Positions 50,668 to 61,055 are shown, numbered from the stretch's first letter. The stretch: DNA of 64,000 nt from an uncultured bacterium (GCA_963822585.1 CAWGIE010000007.1:1-64000); one strand, 5' to 3'. The notes: generated from the sequence alone by a model not told the origin. Numbers and translations: made by a program.

Positions 50668-52143
50668 TTACTGCCCGAGGACAAACCGGGAATAAGCGGA
50701 GGCGTTTTCCAGGACCCGGACCGCCGGCATCAGCACCAGTTTCGCTACCGACGGTATCAGCAGCAGCCCCAGGCCCACGCAAAGCACCGCCATCACGATC
50801 ATGGAAAAAGCCATCAGGCCTTTCCGTTCCCGGATCGATTCCAGCCTTCGCGGCAGCTTGCCGAAGAAGGCGTATCTCTGGACCTTCAGGAACGACGCCA
50901 GCGTCAATATTGAAACCACGATCGCCAGGATGGCGTAAAAGAGTTGTCCGGCCTGGAGACAGGCGACGACGATGATCAGCTTGCTCCAGAATCCGTTGAA
51001 CGGCGGCAACCCCGCGATGGAGAATGAGGCTATCGCGCAGGTGGTCCCGGTTACCGGCATTTTCTCCCGCAGGCCGCCCATCTCCTTCAGCTGCCGGGTA
51101 TGGGCGGTGTACTCGATCGCCCCGGAATTGAAGAAGAGAAGCGATTTGAAGACCGAGTGATTGACCAGGTGGAAGATACCTCCGAGGAACCCCAGAGGCG
51201 TCCCCAGGCCGATGCCCACCATCACGTAGCCCAGCTGGCTGATACTGTGGTAGGCAAGCAAACGCTTGAAGTCCCACTGACCGAGCGCCAGGAGAACCCC
51301 GATCAGCATCGAGAGGCCGCCCAAGACCAGAAAGATATGGAAGATGATGGGAGGCGCGCCGAAGACACAGAAGAAAATCCTGATCAGAGCGTAAATCCCC
51401 AGGATCTTGATCAAAATGCCGGAGAGCATGGCCGAGATGGGGGCCGGAGCGGATGGATGGGCGTCCGGAAGCCAGGTATGAAAGGGGACCAGGGCCGCTT
51501 TGATCGAGAACCCGGCCAGGAAGAGGGCCATCGCGAAGAGCAGGATCGGTCGCCGGCCGTCCCCGTTTTCAATCATCCGGGAAAGATACGCCATATTCAG
51601 ATTGCCGAGCTGGCTGTACAGCAACCCGATCCCGATTAAAATGGCCAGCGATCCCAGAGTGCCCAGGATCATGTACTTGAAAGAAGCCTCTACCTCTTCA
51701 GCCTCGCAGCCGAAAGCAACCAGAGCGTAAGCCGCGATCGAGGCGATCTCGAGGAAGACATAGAGATTGAAGATATCACCGGTCAGGACCACCCCGCTCA
51801 TCCCGGCCACCATAAGGAGAAAGAGGCTGAGATAGCGGACCTTGGCGGTGTACATCTCCATGTAGGGCAGGGAAAAAAGAATCGCCGTCGTACTGACCAG
51901 ATAGATCAGTATCAGAAGCAGCCCGCTCAGGCCGTCCAGAACCAGGTTGATCCCGAAAGGAGGCATCCAGCCTCCCATCACGCAGATACCGGAGCGCCCA
52001 AGCAGGGAGAGAGAGAGCCCCAGGGGGAGGAGACAGGATAGGACCGCGATCAGGGAGGAGACCCCAGCCGGCAGTTTCCGGAGAAACGGAATCAGAAAGG
52101 CCGCCCCGAGAGGGATAGCTATAAATAGGATGAGGACGTTCAT
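50668..52143 (-). CDS. mnhD: Mrp/Mnh subunit D-like (MbhH) proton-translocating subunit
   Basis: DIFNLYVFLE, WLPDAHP, KRLLAYHSISQ and PPFNGFWSK. Confidence 0.9.
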   Translation of the reverse strand: MNVLILFIAIPLGAAFLIPFLRKLPAGVSSLIAVLSCLLPLGLSLSLLGRSGICVMGGWMPPFGINLVLDGLSGLLLILIYLVSTTAILFSLPYMEMYTAKVRYLSLFLLMVAGMSGVVLTGDIFNLYVFLEIASIAAYALVAFGCEAEEVEASFKYMILGTLGSLAILIGIGLLYSQLGNLNMAYLSRMIENGDGRRPILLFAMALFLAGFSIKAALVPFHTWLPDAHPSAPAPISAMLSGILIKILGIYALIRIFFCVFGAPPIIFHIFLVLGGLSMLIGVLLALGQWDFKRLLAYHSISQLGYVMVGIGLGTPLGFLGGIFHLVNHSVFKSLLFFNSGAIEYTAHTRQLKEMGGLREKMPVTGTTCAIASFSIAGLPPFNGFWSKLIIVVACLQAGQLFYAILAIVVSILTLASFLKVQRYAFFGKLPRRLESIRERKGLMAFSMIVMAVLCVGLGLLLIPSVAKLVLMPAVRVLENASAYSRFVLGQ

Positions 52144-52333
52144 TATAAATTAACGCCTCCGGCGTTAATTTAGCGAATTATTATCTTTTAAATATAATAA
52201 CGATTGATAGAAGTCAAAAAATCAGTTCGAGTCTAACTGCTCAATCCGCAACGGTGAACCCTTGGTAACATAAGGCAAAAACTTAATCTTTTGTTGTGGT
52301 TGCTTTTCGCTTAATTAATGCCGAAGGCATTAA

Positions 52334-52681
52334 TTAACCCTTCAGCTTGTTCATCTTGGTCAGGTCGAACGTCCCGTACCGCTCGTAGAGTCGGATGCAG
52401 ATGACCACCATCATCGCCAGGATTCCGAGACCGATCACAATCGAGGTCAGTACCAGCGCCTGGGGGAGAGGATCGACCGAGCGCGCCGCCAGATCGGCGG
52501 CGTTCATCCCCTCTGAGGCGATCGGCGGTATGCCCTGCTTCTGGTATCCGAGCAAAATCAAAAAGAGATTCACGGCGTATTCCATGATGGCAACGCCGAG
52601 CACGATCTTGACCACGTTCTTCTTGACGATGACGGCGTAGAGGCCGACCATGAACAGAACTAAGCAGAGCGCGTACAGCAT
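52334..52681 (-). CDS. mnhC: Mrp/Mnh subunit C-like
   Basis: DPLPQALVLTSIVIG. Confidence 0.9.
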   Translation of the reverse strand: MLYALCLVLFMVGLYAVIVKKNVVKIVLGVAIMEYAVNLFLILLGYQKQGIPPIASEGMNAADLAARSVDPLPQALVLTSIVIGLGILAMMVVICIRLYERYGTFDLTKMNKLKG

Positions 52682-52684
52682 CTT

Positions 52685-53194
52685 TTAATCCTCTTCTACC
52701 GGTTTCGATGACTCCATCTTCCGTTTTCCTTCCCTGACCACCACCCGGTGGAAAGAGAGATAGGAAAAGATGAGAAAAATGGCACAGGTGACCAGGAGAG
52801 CGATCCCGATATCGATCGGCTGAATCGTTCCCGCCCCCAAAAGATCAATGCTCACCGCGATCTTTTTCCGGAAGAGAAAGTTGGCCAGAAAGTAGCCGCC
52901 CAGGGGAACGGCGATCAAACCGACCAGGAGAAAAAACATGATCCCGGCGGCGGCCAGGGAGACCGTCCGGTCGAGACGGAGCAGTTTCAGACATATTTCT
53001 TTTCCGAACGCGAGCATGAGCAGGATAAAAGCGGAGGCCAGAATAACCCCCCCCGAGAAGCCGCCGCCGGGCGAATGATGCCCGTAGAAAACCTGATAGA
53101 GGCCGAAAACGAGGATGAAACCGGTCACCCAGCGGGTCACGGTCTTGACGATCACGGTCATCCCTCTGGTTTTTTGCGGCTGATCCAGTATCAT
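52685..53194 (-). CDS. MnhB-domain subunit (MbhF-like)
   Basis: GHHSPGGGFSGG. Confidence 0.85.
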   Translation of the reverse strand: MILDQPQKTRGMTVIVKTVTRWVTGFILVFGLYQVFYGHHSPGGGFSGGVILASAFILLMLAFGKEICLKLLRLDRTVSLAAAGIMFFLLVGLIAVPLGGYFLANFLFRKKIAVSIDLLGAGTIQPIDIGIALLVTCAIFLIFSYLSFHRVVVREGKRKMESSKPVEED

Positions 53195-53757
53195 GATCTC
53201 TCCGCCGGCGGACAGCCGGTATTGTTCTTATGCGCCCGATGACGGAGAAGGGCCAGGACCCCGATCAGAGCGGTGAAAAGAATCGTCCCTTCCCCCAGAG
53301 TGTCGTAGGCCCGGAAATCGATCAGGATCGCGGTAACGACATTGGCGGAACCCGTCTTCGCTAAGCATTCCCGGAGATAGTACATCGCCGGCGCGGATGA
53401 AATCTTCCTCATCACCGGTTCCCCGAAGGCGGGGAGAAACCCGGCAAGCCTCATCCCCACCACCAGAATAACCAGGAGGAGGGCGATCGTGACCACCATC
53501 CCGAAAAATTCCCCCGGTCCCGCGATCGTGGTCAGGTCGCGGCTGATGGTGGCCCGGATCAGGATCACCAGGACCAAAATCTCCACCACCAGCTGGGTGA
53601 TGGCCACATCCGGGGCCTGGAGGAGGAGAAAGGCCACACTCAGTCCGAACCCGGCCGCGCCGACCGAGATGACGGCCGAGAGCAGATCGTGGGTTTCCAC
53701 GGCGATGATGGCGCCGATGATCATGAAGACCAGTAATATGCCGAGAAGCAGTTCCAT
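53191..53757 (-). CDS. MbhD/E-like subunit (MrpA C-terminal part)
   Basis: QAPDVAITQ; NVVTAILIDFRAYDTLGE. Confidence 0.85.
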   Translation of the reverse strand: MELLLGILLVFMIIGAIIAVETHDLLSAVISVGAAGFGLSVAFLLLQAPDVAITQLVVEILVLVILIRATISRDLTTIAGPGEFFGMVVTIALLLVILVVGMRLAGFLPAFGEPVMRKISSAPAMYYLRECLAKTGSANVVTAILIDFRAYDTLGEGTILFTALIGVLALLRHRAHKNNTGCPPAERS

Positions 53758-55584
53758 TTATCCGGACCCCAGCAGAACCAGCGTTAAAATCAGCAGCCCG
53801 AATACCGCCCAGGTCAGATAGACCGAAAGTATCCCGGTATGCAAACTGCGCAGAAAATCAATGCAATAGAACGTGACCCCGGTCAGCACCGTGTAGATAT
53901 CGAAGACCCCTTTCCCGGCCAGGCGGTACATCACGCGAAGAACCGGCAGATCCCGTATCGTTCCATAGAAGTCGGTTCCGGTCACGCGGTTCCGGGGAGG
54001 GAAATTCCGCTCGCCGCCGATGTAGGGAACGGACTCCCGGAATTTGGCCACGGTCCCCAGCCGGTAAATCAACGCCCCCAGGACCAGGCCGATGACGATC
54101 AAACCGGTGGCCAACCCGGGGCTCCACCAGCCGAGCCAATCCTGGACCGGGCCCAGGCCCGGCACCACTCCGGCCAGAATTCTCTTCAGAGGCAGCGAAT
54201 AGGCGAAGACCCCGAAGAGGACGCAGAGGAAGGCCAGCGTCATCATCGGCACCCACATCATCCAGCCCACCTCGTTCCTTTTTTCATCCGCCCGTTCTCC
54301 TTTCCCCAGGAAGACGGCAAAAAGCAGTTTCATGAAACTGGCCAGGGTGAGGGCGGAACCGAACATGGCCGCGATCAGCCAGATTACCCAGAGGCTGCCC
54401 GCCGGACCGCCCCCCCGCCCCGACTCGATGATACCCTGGTAGATCATCCACTTGGAGACAAAGCCGTTCAGCGGTGGGATCCCGGAGATGGCGAGCGCGG
54501 CGATCAGGAAAGAGATAAAGGTCAGGGGCATCACTTTCACCAGTCCCCCCAGTTTATCGAGCTCGTCGGTCCCGCACTTCCGTTCCACGGCCCCGGAAGT
54601 CAGGAAGAGACAGGCCTTGTAGATGGCGTGGTTGAGCATGTGGAAAATCCCCCCCACGATCCCGATCGGGACTCCGGTCCCGATACCCAGAACCATATAT
54701 CCAACCTGGGAGACGGCATGGTAGGAGAGCAGTTTCTTCATCCGGTGCTGAATCAGAGCCATCATCACCGCCGCGAGCACCGTTATCGCCCCCAGTGCCA
54801 TCAGAATGATCGAGAGGGCGGGGTTGGAGAGCACCTTGAACATTTGGAGAGAGATCCGGACCAGCAGATAAATTCCCAGAAGCTTGTCAAGAGAGGCCGG
54901 CAGAAGAGCCATCACCGGCACCGGCGCCGATTCGGCGCAGGCCGGGATCCAGGTATGGAACGGCATGGCTCCCGCCTTGGCGAAGGCGGCGGAGAGGAGG
55001 CAGAGAAAGGCCAGTATCAGCAGTCCGTTGTCCAGGGGAAGGGAGGATTCACTCATCCGGAATACCCCCGTGTGGAGCCAGACGATAGCCAGGCCGAGAA
55101 GCATCAGAGCGTCCGAGCCGCCGACAATGAGGAAAGTCTTCTTAGCCGCGGGCGCCGCTGACGCGCCGCCCACACCCACCAGCATGTAGAGGGTAATCCC
55201 TACCAGACCCCAAAATACCAGAAGCAAAAGAAGGTTATCGGCCAGGAGAACTCCATTGGTCCCCCCCAGGGTGATCAGCAGATACGCGTAGTATTCCTTT
55301 AAACGGGGGTGACCGGCCATGTACTTGAGCGAATAAAGCACGATCAGGATGCCGAAAAGACCGGCAGCGGGGAGAATGAATCCGCTCAGCTTATCCAGGC
55401 GGAGGAGAAGACTCCCCCCGCATGACCAGGAAAGCGGGACCCGGAAAAAAAGCATGCCCGCCAGGACAAAAACACAGGCTGAGACGAGAAGAGCGATTGC
55501 CTCCGCGAGCCCCTTGATCCGCGAGGGGAGCAGAAGAACCGCCAGACCGGCGGCAATCGGTATGATTATCAGCCAGGGCATCAT
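53758..55584 (-). CDS. NuoL/HyfB-like antiporter-type membrane subunit
   Basis: KAGAMPFHTW, KKLLSYHAVSQ and PPLNGFVSKW. Confidence 0.88.
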   Translation of the reverse strand: MMPWLIIIPIAAGLAVLLLPSRIKGLAEAIALLVSACVFVLAGMLFFRVPLSWSCGGSLLLRLDKLSGFILPAAGLFGILIVLYSLKYMAGHPRLKEYYAYLLITLGGTNGVLLADNLLLLLVFWGLVGITLYMLVGVGGASAAPAAKKTFLIVGGSDALMLLGLAIVWLHTGVFRMSESSLPLDNGLLILAFLCLLSAAFAKAGAMPFHTWIPACAESAPVPVMALLPASLDKLLGIYLLVRISLQMFKVLSNPALSIILMALGAITVLAAVMMALIQHRMKKLLSYHAVSQVGYMVLGIGTGVPIGIVGGIFHMLNHAIYKACLFLTSGAVERKCGTDELDKLGGLVKVMPLTFISFLIAALAISGIPPLNGFVSKWMIYQGIIESGRGGGPAGSLWVIWLIAAMFGSALTLASFMKLLFAVFLGKGERADEKRNEVGWMMWVPMMTLAFLCVLFGVFAYSLPLKRILAGVVPGLGPVQDWLGWWSPGLATGLIVIGLVLGALIYRLGTVAKFRESVPYIGGERNFPPRNRVTGTDFYGTIRDLPVLRVMYRLAGKGVFDIYTVLTGVTFYCIDFLRSLHTGILSVYLTWAVFGLLILTLVLLGSG

Positions 55585-55679
55585 AAGATCTATTTAATGT
55601 TTAAAGTGTAAGGTGTAAAGACCCCGGCATTCCAGCCCCTCTCGCCGGCCGGGGCGGTTTTTCACCGGCACTTTACACT

Positions 55680-56903
55680 TCATACATTACACTTTACACT
55701 CCGTAGGGTGCTTTCCGGCTCGACACCAAGCTCATGGGCCACGGTCATGGTTTTCTCTCTCGACAGCCGGAGAAGGTCCCGGGAACTCAGGACGGCATTG
55801 CCCGCTCCATCCCGGGCGACTGCCATCCGTTCGGTACAGCAGTAACAGGGATCGACCGCCGCCAAAATGATGGTGGCGTCGGCGACCGTTCCGCCCCGGA
55901 CGGAAATATAGTTCGTGGGCAGGTTCATATAGCTGGGGGCACGGACCTTGTAGCGGACCGGCATCGAGCTGCCGTCGCTCAGGATATAATGGAATGTCTC
56001 GCCTCGCGGAGCCTCATGACGGCCGATCCCCTCCCCCGGCGGCAGGTCTTTGACCCGGCAGTCGAACTCTCCTCCCGGAAGATTTTTCAGGCACTGCTCG
56101 ACGATCTTGACCGATTCGTACATCTCCAGGATCCGAACCACCGCCTTATCGAAGACATCCCCGTTCTGGGTCACGATCACCTTCCAGTCCACCCGGTCAT
56201 AAACGCCGTAGGGGTCGTCCCGCCGGACATCGATGTCCACCCCCGAAGCCCGGGCGGTCGGCCCCAGAGCCCCGGTCTTGATGATGTCCTCTTTCGTCAG
56301 CACCCCCACTCCTTTCAGGCGGGCGTGGAGAACGGGGTCGTCCGAAGCCGCCTTCAGGAAAAGATCCAGGGACGGTTTCAGGGCGTCCAGCGTCTCCAGG
56401 ATCCAGGGGATATCGTCATTGTTGAGGTCGCGGCGGACACCGCCGACCTTCATCATGGCATAATGATTGCGGTTCCCGCTGATCTTCTCCATGATATCCA
56501 GGATCGGTTCCCGCGACTTCCAGACCCACATCCAGAGGGTGTTATAGCCGAGGAAGTGGCCGGCCAGACCAAGCCAGAGAAGATGGCTGTGGATCCGCTC
56601 CAACTCCCCGATGACGGTGCGGATATAGAGGGCCCGTTCCGGGGCGGTAAAGCCGGCCAGGTCCTCCATCGCGTTCACCGAAGCGATCGGATGGCTGGTG
56701 GAACAGATCCCGCAGATCCGTTCCACCAGGAAGACCACCTGGTCGTACGTCTTCGACTCGGCCAGTTTCTCGATCCCCCGGTGGTTGTACCCGATGTTGA
56801 TAACGAGTTCCTCCACCCGCTCCCCGTCCACGTGAAGCTCGAAGAACTCCGGCTCCTCCTGGAGGGGATGATAGGGACCGATGGGTATTATGGTTTTAGC
56901 CAT
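55680..56903 (-). CDS. Group 4 NiFe hydrogenase large subunit (MbhL/EchE-like)
   Basis: GPYHP, HRGIEK, ERICGIC, EAPRGE and DPCYCCTER (all four Ni-ligating Cys) plus a C-terminal extension. Confidence 0.92.
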   Translation of the reverse strand: MAKTIIPIGPYHPLQEEPEFFELHVDGERVEELVINIGYNHRGIEKLAESKTYDQVVFLVERICGICSTSHPIASVNAMEDLAGFTAPERALYIRTVIGELERIHSHLLWLGLAGHFLGYNTLWMWVWKSREPILDIMEKISGNRNHYAMMKVGGVRRDLNNDDIPWILETLDALKPSLDLFLKAASDDPVLHARLKGVGVLTKEDIIKTGALGPTARASGVDIDVRRDDPYGVYDRVDWKVIVTQNGDVFDKAVVRILEMYESVKIVEQCLKNLPGGEFDCRVKDLPPGEGIGRHEAPRGETFHYILSDGSSMPVRYKVRAPSYMNLPTNYISVRGGTVADATIILAAVDPCYCCTERMAVARDGAGNAVLSSRDLLRLSREKTMTVAHELGVEPESTLRSVKCNV

Positions 56904-57052
56904 GATCGTGTGCTTATCTTCCGGGGTAAAACGCCCGGGATATTTATGGTGTTCTTTTCAACGTTGAACATTCAACGTTCAACTTTCAACGTTGAACCTG
57001 CCTATCGTCCGGCCCGTTTATCGTTGGACGTTGAACGTTGGACGTTGAACGT

Positions 57053-57514
57053 TTATTCTTTTACCCTGTTTCCTTCCTCCCCAAAATTTTTTCGCAGGGG
57101 GTAGACTCCTTCCGGCCAGTCCTCGCTGAGCAGCAGTCGCCGCAGATCGGGGCGTCCCCGGAACCTGATCCCGAACAATTCACCCATTTCGCGCTCGATC
57201 CAGTCGGCGGCAGGGACTATCTCGGTGATCGAATCGACCTCCGGATCCTTTTTCCCCAGCTTGACCCGGAGCGAGAGGATGACACCGCTCCGGTCCAGCG
57301 AAAAATGGTAGAGGATCTGAAAACCGGCCAGTGTCTGGACCGCCGCCGCGGTGGCGAACCGGGCTTTTAGTTCATGAAAGATATATCCGGCTATCTCCCG
57401 TAAAGACCCCGGATCGATCCCGGCGTAGAGACGGCGGGGATTTTTCTCCTCCCACTTTAAAATTTTCTCTGAAAATTTTAAAGTGAGGTTATTTTTCAGC
57501 TGCGAAGCATCCAT
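57053..57514 (-). CDS. NuoC/MbhK-like subunit
   Basis: ILYHFS; SIT...ADWIEREMGELFGIRFRG; WPEGVYPLRK. Confidence 0.88.
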   Translation of the reverse strand: MDASQLKNNLTLKFSEKILKWEEKNPRRLYAGIDPGSLREIAGYIFHELKARFATAAAVQTLAGFQILYHFSLDRSGVILSLRVKLGKKDPEVDSITEIVPAADWIEREMGELFGIRFRGRPDLRRLLLSEDWPEGVYPLRKNFGEEGNRVKE

Positions 57515-57644
57515 CGGAATTCTAATAAGCAAAAATTATTGTGTCGGCGTGAACGGTTGGATTTAAACTAATCAAAACAGTGTTAATGATTCCTTTTTAT
57601 CGTACAAGAGAATAACTCACTAAATTAGCGGCGAAGCCGCTAAT

Positions 57645-58079
57645 TTATTTTTTACTTAATTTCTGTTTGACCACCTCGAGCGCCTTTACCAGACCCAGGA
57701 TCATCTCTTCCGGCTTGGGCGGACAGCCCGGAACGTAAACGTCGACCGGGAGGTACCGATCGACCGGCTCGGGGGCGTTATAGCTGCCGTGGAAGATCCC
57801 CTGGTCCATCGAACAGGCCCCGAAGGCCACCACCGCGCAGGGCTTGGCCATCGCCTCGTAAACTTCCCGCGCCCGGGGCATCGCCTTGCGGGTCATCGCT
57901 CCCGTTACCAGGAGAACGTCGGCATGGCGGGGGCTTCCCACCAGGACTACTCCGAAACGTTCCGCGTCAAACCGCGGGGTCAGCGTATCCAGGATCTCGA
58001 TATCGCAGTTGTTGCACGACCCGGTGCTGAGATGAAAGACCCAGGGTGACTTCAACAATGCTTTTTGTTTTAAATTCAT
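57645..58079 (-). CDS. NuoB/MbhJ-like hydrogenase small subunit
   Basis: GSCNNCDIE, SPRHAD, GAC and PGCPPKPE. Confidence 0.92.
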   Translation of the reverse strand: MNLKQKALLKSPWVFHLSTGSCNNCDIEILDTLTPRFDAERFGVVLVGSPRHADVLLVTGAMTRKAMPRAREVYEAMAKPCAVVAFGACSMDQGIFHGSYNAPEPVDRYLPVDVYVPGCPPKPEEMILGLVKALEVVKQKLSKK

Positions 58080-58186
58080 ATTACCAAGACATCGTTTCAA
58101 AATACCTTAACAAGAAATTCCAAATCCCAAGCACCAAATACCAAATAAATTCAAAATCACAATATCCAAAATTCCAAATAAAAAAG

Positions 58187-59119
58187 CTATAACCCAAGTA
58201 ATGCTAAAACCATCGCAATTATTGAAAGCGCGAACATGGGGCCCCAGAAAAACTTGACCGCCTGGTCGATCCGGAGGCGCGGGTTGGTGTTCTTGATCAG
58301 GATAACAATAACCAGAATCAACACGTATTTCAAGATCCCGCTCAGGATATGCCAGCCGGAGAAGTCTATCCCCCCCATGAACACAACCACCAGGAGAAAC
58401 GGGACCACGAAGAGCATCATCAGCCGGGTCAGCTTATAAACTGCCAGTGTCGGACCGGAATACTCCAGGTAGGGGCCGGAGACGATCTCGGTCTCCGCCT
58501 CCGGGATATCGAAGGGGATCAGTGTCAGCTTGGCCTGCTGGCAGATCAGGGCTACAATAAAAGCCAGTATCCCTGAGATGCTTCCCAGGAAGATGCCGTG
58601 CGCCCCCTGAAAGGAGATGAGCCCTCCGATCTTGATCGATCCGGATTGGGCGACCGGGACCAGGAGCGCCAGAACAAAGGGCAATTCGTACGCCAGGATC
58701 AGCTTCATCTCCCGGCTCGCCCCCAGGGCGGCCAGGGGGTTTCGGGACGCGAATCCGCCGATGATCACCGCCGTCGCGGGAATGGTAAGAAGGTAGAGGA
58801 CGACGATCAGGTCGCCGACAAAGGAAGTGGCCGGGGTGAGGTCGCTCAGCCAGAGGATCATTGAGACGATTACCACCGCCCCCAGCCCGAAGAGCGGAGA
58901 GAGGAGGAAGACGGTCCGGGAACTGCCCGAGGGGATGATCGTCTCCTTACCCATCAGCTTCAGGAAATCGGCAAAGGATTGATACCAGGGAGGCCCGACC
59001 CGCCACTGGACCCGGGCCGAAACCTTCCGGTCCACCCATCCCGCCAGGCAGCCGACCACGGCGGTGAAGATGAAACCGGGAAAAATCAGGAAATAAAATA
59101 GCCAGATCAATGCATCCAT
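58187..59119 (-). CDS. NuoH/MbhM-like membrane subunit
   Basis: DRKVSARVQWRVGPP, PFDIPEAETE, EYSG and PRLRIDQ. Confidence 0.92.
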   Translation of the reverse strand: MDALIWLFYFLIFPGFIFTAVVGCLAGWVDRKVSARVQWRVGPPWYQSFADFLKLMGKETIIPSGSSRTVFLLSPLFGLGAVVIVSMILWLSDLTPATSFVGDLIVVLYLLTIPATAVIIGGFASRNPLAALGASREMKLILAYELPFVLALLVPVAQSGSIKIGGLISFQGAHGIFLGSISGILAFIVALICQQAKLTLIPFDIPEAETEIVSGPYLEYSGPTLAVYKLTRLMMLFVVPFLLVVVFMGGIDFSGWHILSGILKYVLILVIVILIKNTNPRLRIDQAVKFFWGPMFALSIIAMVLALLGL

Positions 59120-59225
59120 GATTCGCTTTTCAGACGACGTTCAATTATCTTCCCCCCAACCTCGCCCCCTGAAAAAAACAGACGATTGAATGTGATTGAA
59201 TAAGGATTTGCGTTCGAAGTTCGAA

Positions 59226-59257
<32 letters not shown>

Positions 59258-59329
59258 AGTTTTTACCCCCGTTCTCGCCATTGAACGTTGAATGTTGAGC
59301 GTTGAACGTTGAATGTTCATTCTTTGATA

Positions 59330-59812
59330 TCACACGTCCCCCGTCTTCCAGGCGATCGCTTTCACCAGGAGATGGTCGTTGACCTGGTAAATCCCCTCTT
59401 TCTCATCCTCCTCGTAATCGCCGAAGAGGATCGCCCCCTCCGGGGCGCTCCGGACGCAGAGGGGGATTTCCCCTTCCGGCAGCCGGTCCAGGCAGTAATC
59501 GCAGACCGACGTCTTCATCGGGATATATTCCGGGATGATCGTCCCGAAAGGGCAGGCGGCGGCACAGGAGTAACAGTTCGAACAGCGCAGCACGAACCTC
59601 CTGACCACTTCGTTCTCCTCCTTCTCCAGGGCATCCTGGGGACACGCCTGAACGCAGGTGCCGAGTTCGCAGTGCCGGCAGATCAGAAAGAAGGTCCCTT
59701 TCTCGATCAGCTCGACCACCCCTCGGTTATCCGGGTGATCGCTGTAGGAGCAGGCGATATCCGCCGGCTCCAGCTTCCGCAACTTCTCTAAATCTAACAG
59801 CAGACGTTTCAC
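59330..59812 (-). CDS. 4Fe-4S electron-transfer protein (HycB/DmsB-like)
   Basis: CRHCELGTCVQACP, CSNCYSCAAACPFG and CDYC; GTG start just after the upstream stop. Confidence 0.8.
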   Translation of the reverse strand: MKRLLLDLEKLRKLEPADIACSYSDHPDNRGVVELIEKGTFFLICRHCELGTCVQACPQDALEKEENEVVRRFVLRCSNCYSCAAACPFGTIIPEYIPMKTSVCDYCLDRLPEGEIPLCVRSAPEGAILFGDYEEDEKEGIYQVNDHLLVKAIAWKTGDV

Positions 59813-59813
59813 G

Positions 59814-60644
59814 CTAATCCCAGATCCCTTCCAAATCCTTGATTTTATCAAAGGTCAGAACCGGGCCGTCCTGGCAGACGAAATACGGCCCCAGCCGGCA
59901 GTGCCCGCATTTCCCGATCCCGCAGCTCATGTTCTTTTCCATCGAGAGGTAGATCGCCTCGGGGGGATACCCCACCTCCGCGGCCAGCTTGAAAGTGACA
60001 AACTTCATCATGATCGGAGGGCCGCAGACAACCGCCAGACTCTCCCGGATGGTCAAACCCAGCTCATCCAAAGTGGTGGTCACCAGCCCGACGTTTCCCT
60101 GCCACCGCTGTCCTTCGGGCACCTTGTCCACCGTCACCCGGATGGAGATGTTTTTATGCAGGGCCGGCCATTCCTTCATGACTTTCTCTTTGTAGATCAG
60201 GTCTTCCGGCGAGCGCGCCCCGCAACAGAAAAGGATTTTCTTATAGGCGTCAACATCATGGGCCAGTGCCAGGAAGAGCGCCCGAAGGGGCGCCAGCCCG
60301 ACGCCGCCGCCGACCAGAAGGATCTCTTTTCCCCGGTACGTCTCCAGGGGATATTCTTTCCCGAACGGCCCCCGCAAGCCGACCACCGATCCCGGCTTCA
60401 TCTCGTGCAGCCGTTCCGTCACCGCTCCGACTCGCATGATGGTGACCTCCAGCCTCTCCGTCTCAAAGGGCGACGAAGAAGGCGTGAAAGGGGCTTCCCC
60501 CAGGCCGGGGACGGTGATGCCGACAAACTGCCCCGCCCGGAAGGTGAATTTCTCCGCCGGCTTAAAGACAAATGTTTTGATCGTGGGAGATTCCGTAATC
60601 ACCTCCTCGATCTCGGCCGGTATCGGCTGATAAGGATTCTTCAT
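59814..60644 (-). CDS. FAD/NAD(P)-binding subunit (HydG/AsrB/FlxA-like)
   Basis: AGQF, RGPFG, GGGVGLAPL, CGPPIM, CGIGKCGHC and CQDGPV. Confidence 0.9.
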   Translation of the reverse strand: MKNPYQPIPAEIEEVITESPTIKTFVFKPAEKFTFRAGQFVGITVPGLGEAPFTPSSSPFETERLEVTIMRVGAVTERLHEMKPGSVVGLRGPFGKEYPLETYRGKEILLVGGGVGLAPLRALFLALAHDVDAYKKILFCCGARSPEDLIYKEKVMKEWPALHKNISIRVTVDKVPEGQRWQGNVGLVTTTLDELGLTIRESLAVVCGPPIMMKFVTFKLAAEVGYPPEAIYLSMEKNMSCGIGKCGHCRLGPYFVCQDGPVLTFDKIKDLEGIWD

Positions 60645-60680
60645 CAGAGTGGAATGTGTAAAGTGTAAAGTGTAAAGCGG

Positions 60681-61055
60681 TCAGACTTTCTTGATCAGAC
60701 CGACTATCATATTTCCGAGCGCCACACATTCACCGCGCAATTCTTTCATCTTTTTATCGGTGATATCCTCGGTTTTATGAAGAACCGAAATTGAAGGGAT
60801 GCATTCCCTTATCGAAGTTAACGAGTAGCTATAAAAGCGGCTTTTATCACCCTTACTTATTTTGCCGCTTCCTTCCGCTATATTATTTATAAAGGACATC
60901 GCAGCCCGGATAAAATTACCCCCGACGGTATACCGCAGACAGGCGGGCAAATCTTTAACAACAGCGCAAACCTTACAAACAAACTCCAGACCCCTTTGAT
61001 AGACATTCAATCTCTCGAAGTCAAAAATATAACCCTCATTCTCCTGTGCATTCAT
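60681..61055 (-). CDS. Four-helix-bundle protein (23S-IVS/Avd-like family), AT-rich
   Basis: FDFERLNVYQ, RAAMS..NNIAEGSG and S..E motifs. Confidence 0.85.
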   Translation of the reverse strand: MNAQENEGYIFDFERLNVYQRGLEFVCKVCAVVKDLPACLRYTVGGNFIRAAMSFINNIAEGSGKISKGDKSRFYSYSLTSIRECIPSISVLHKTEDITDKKMKELRGECVALGNMIVGLIKKV

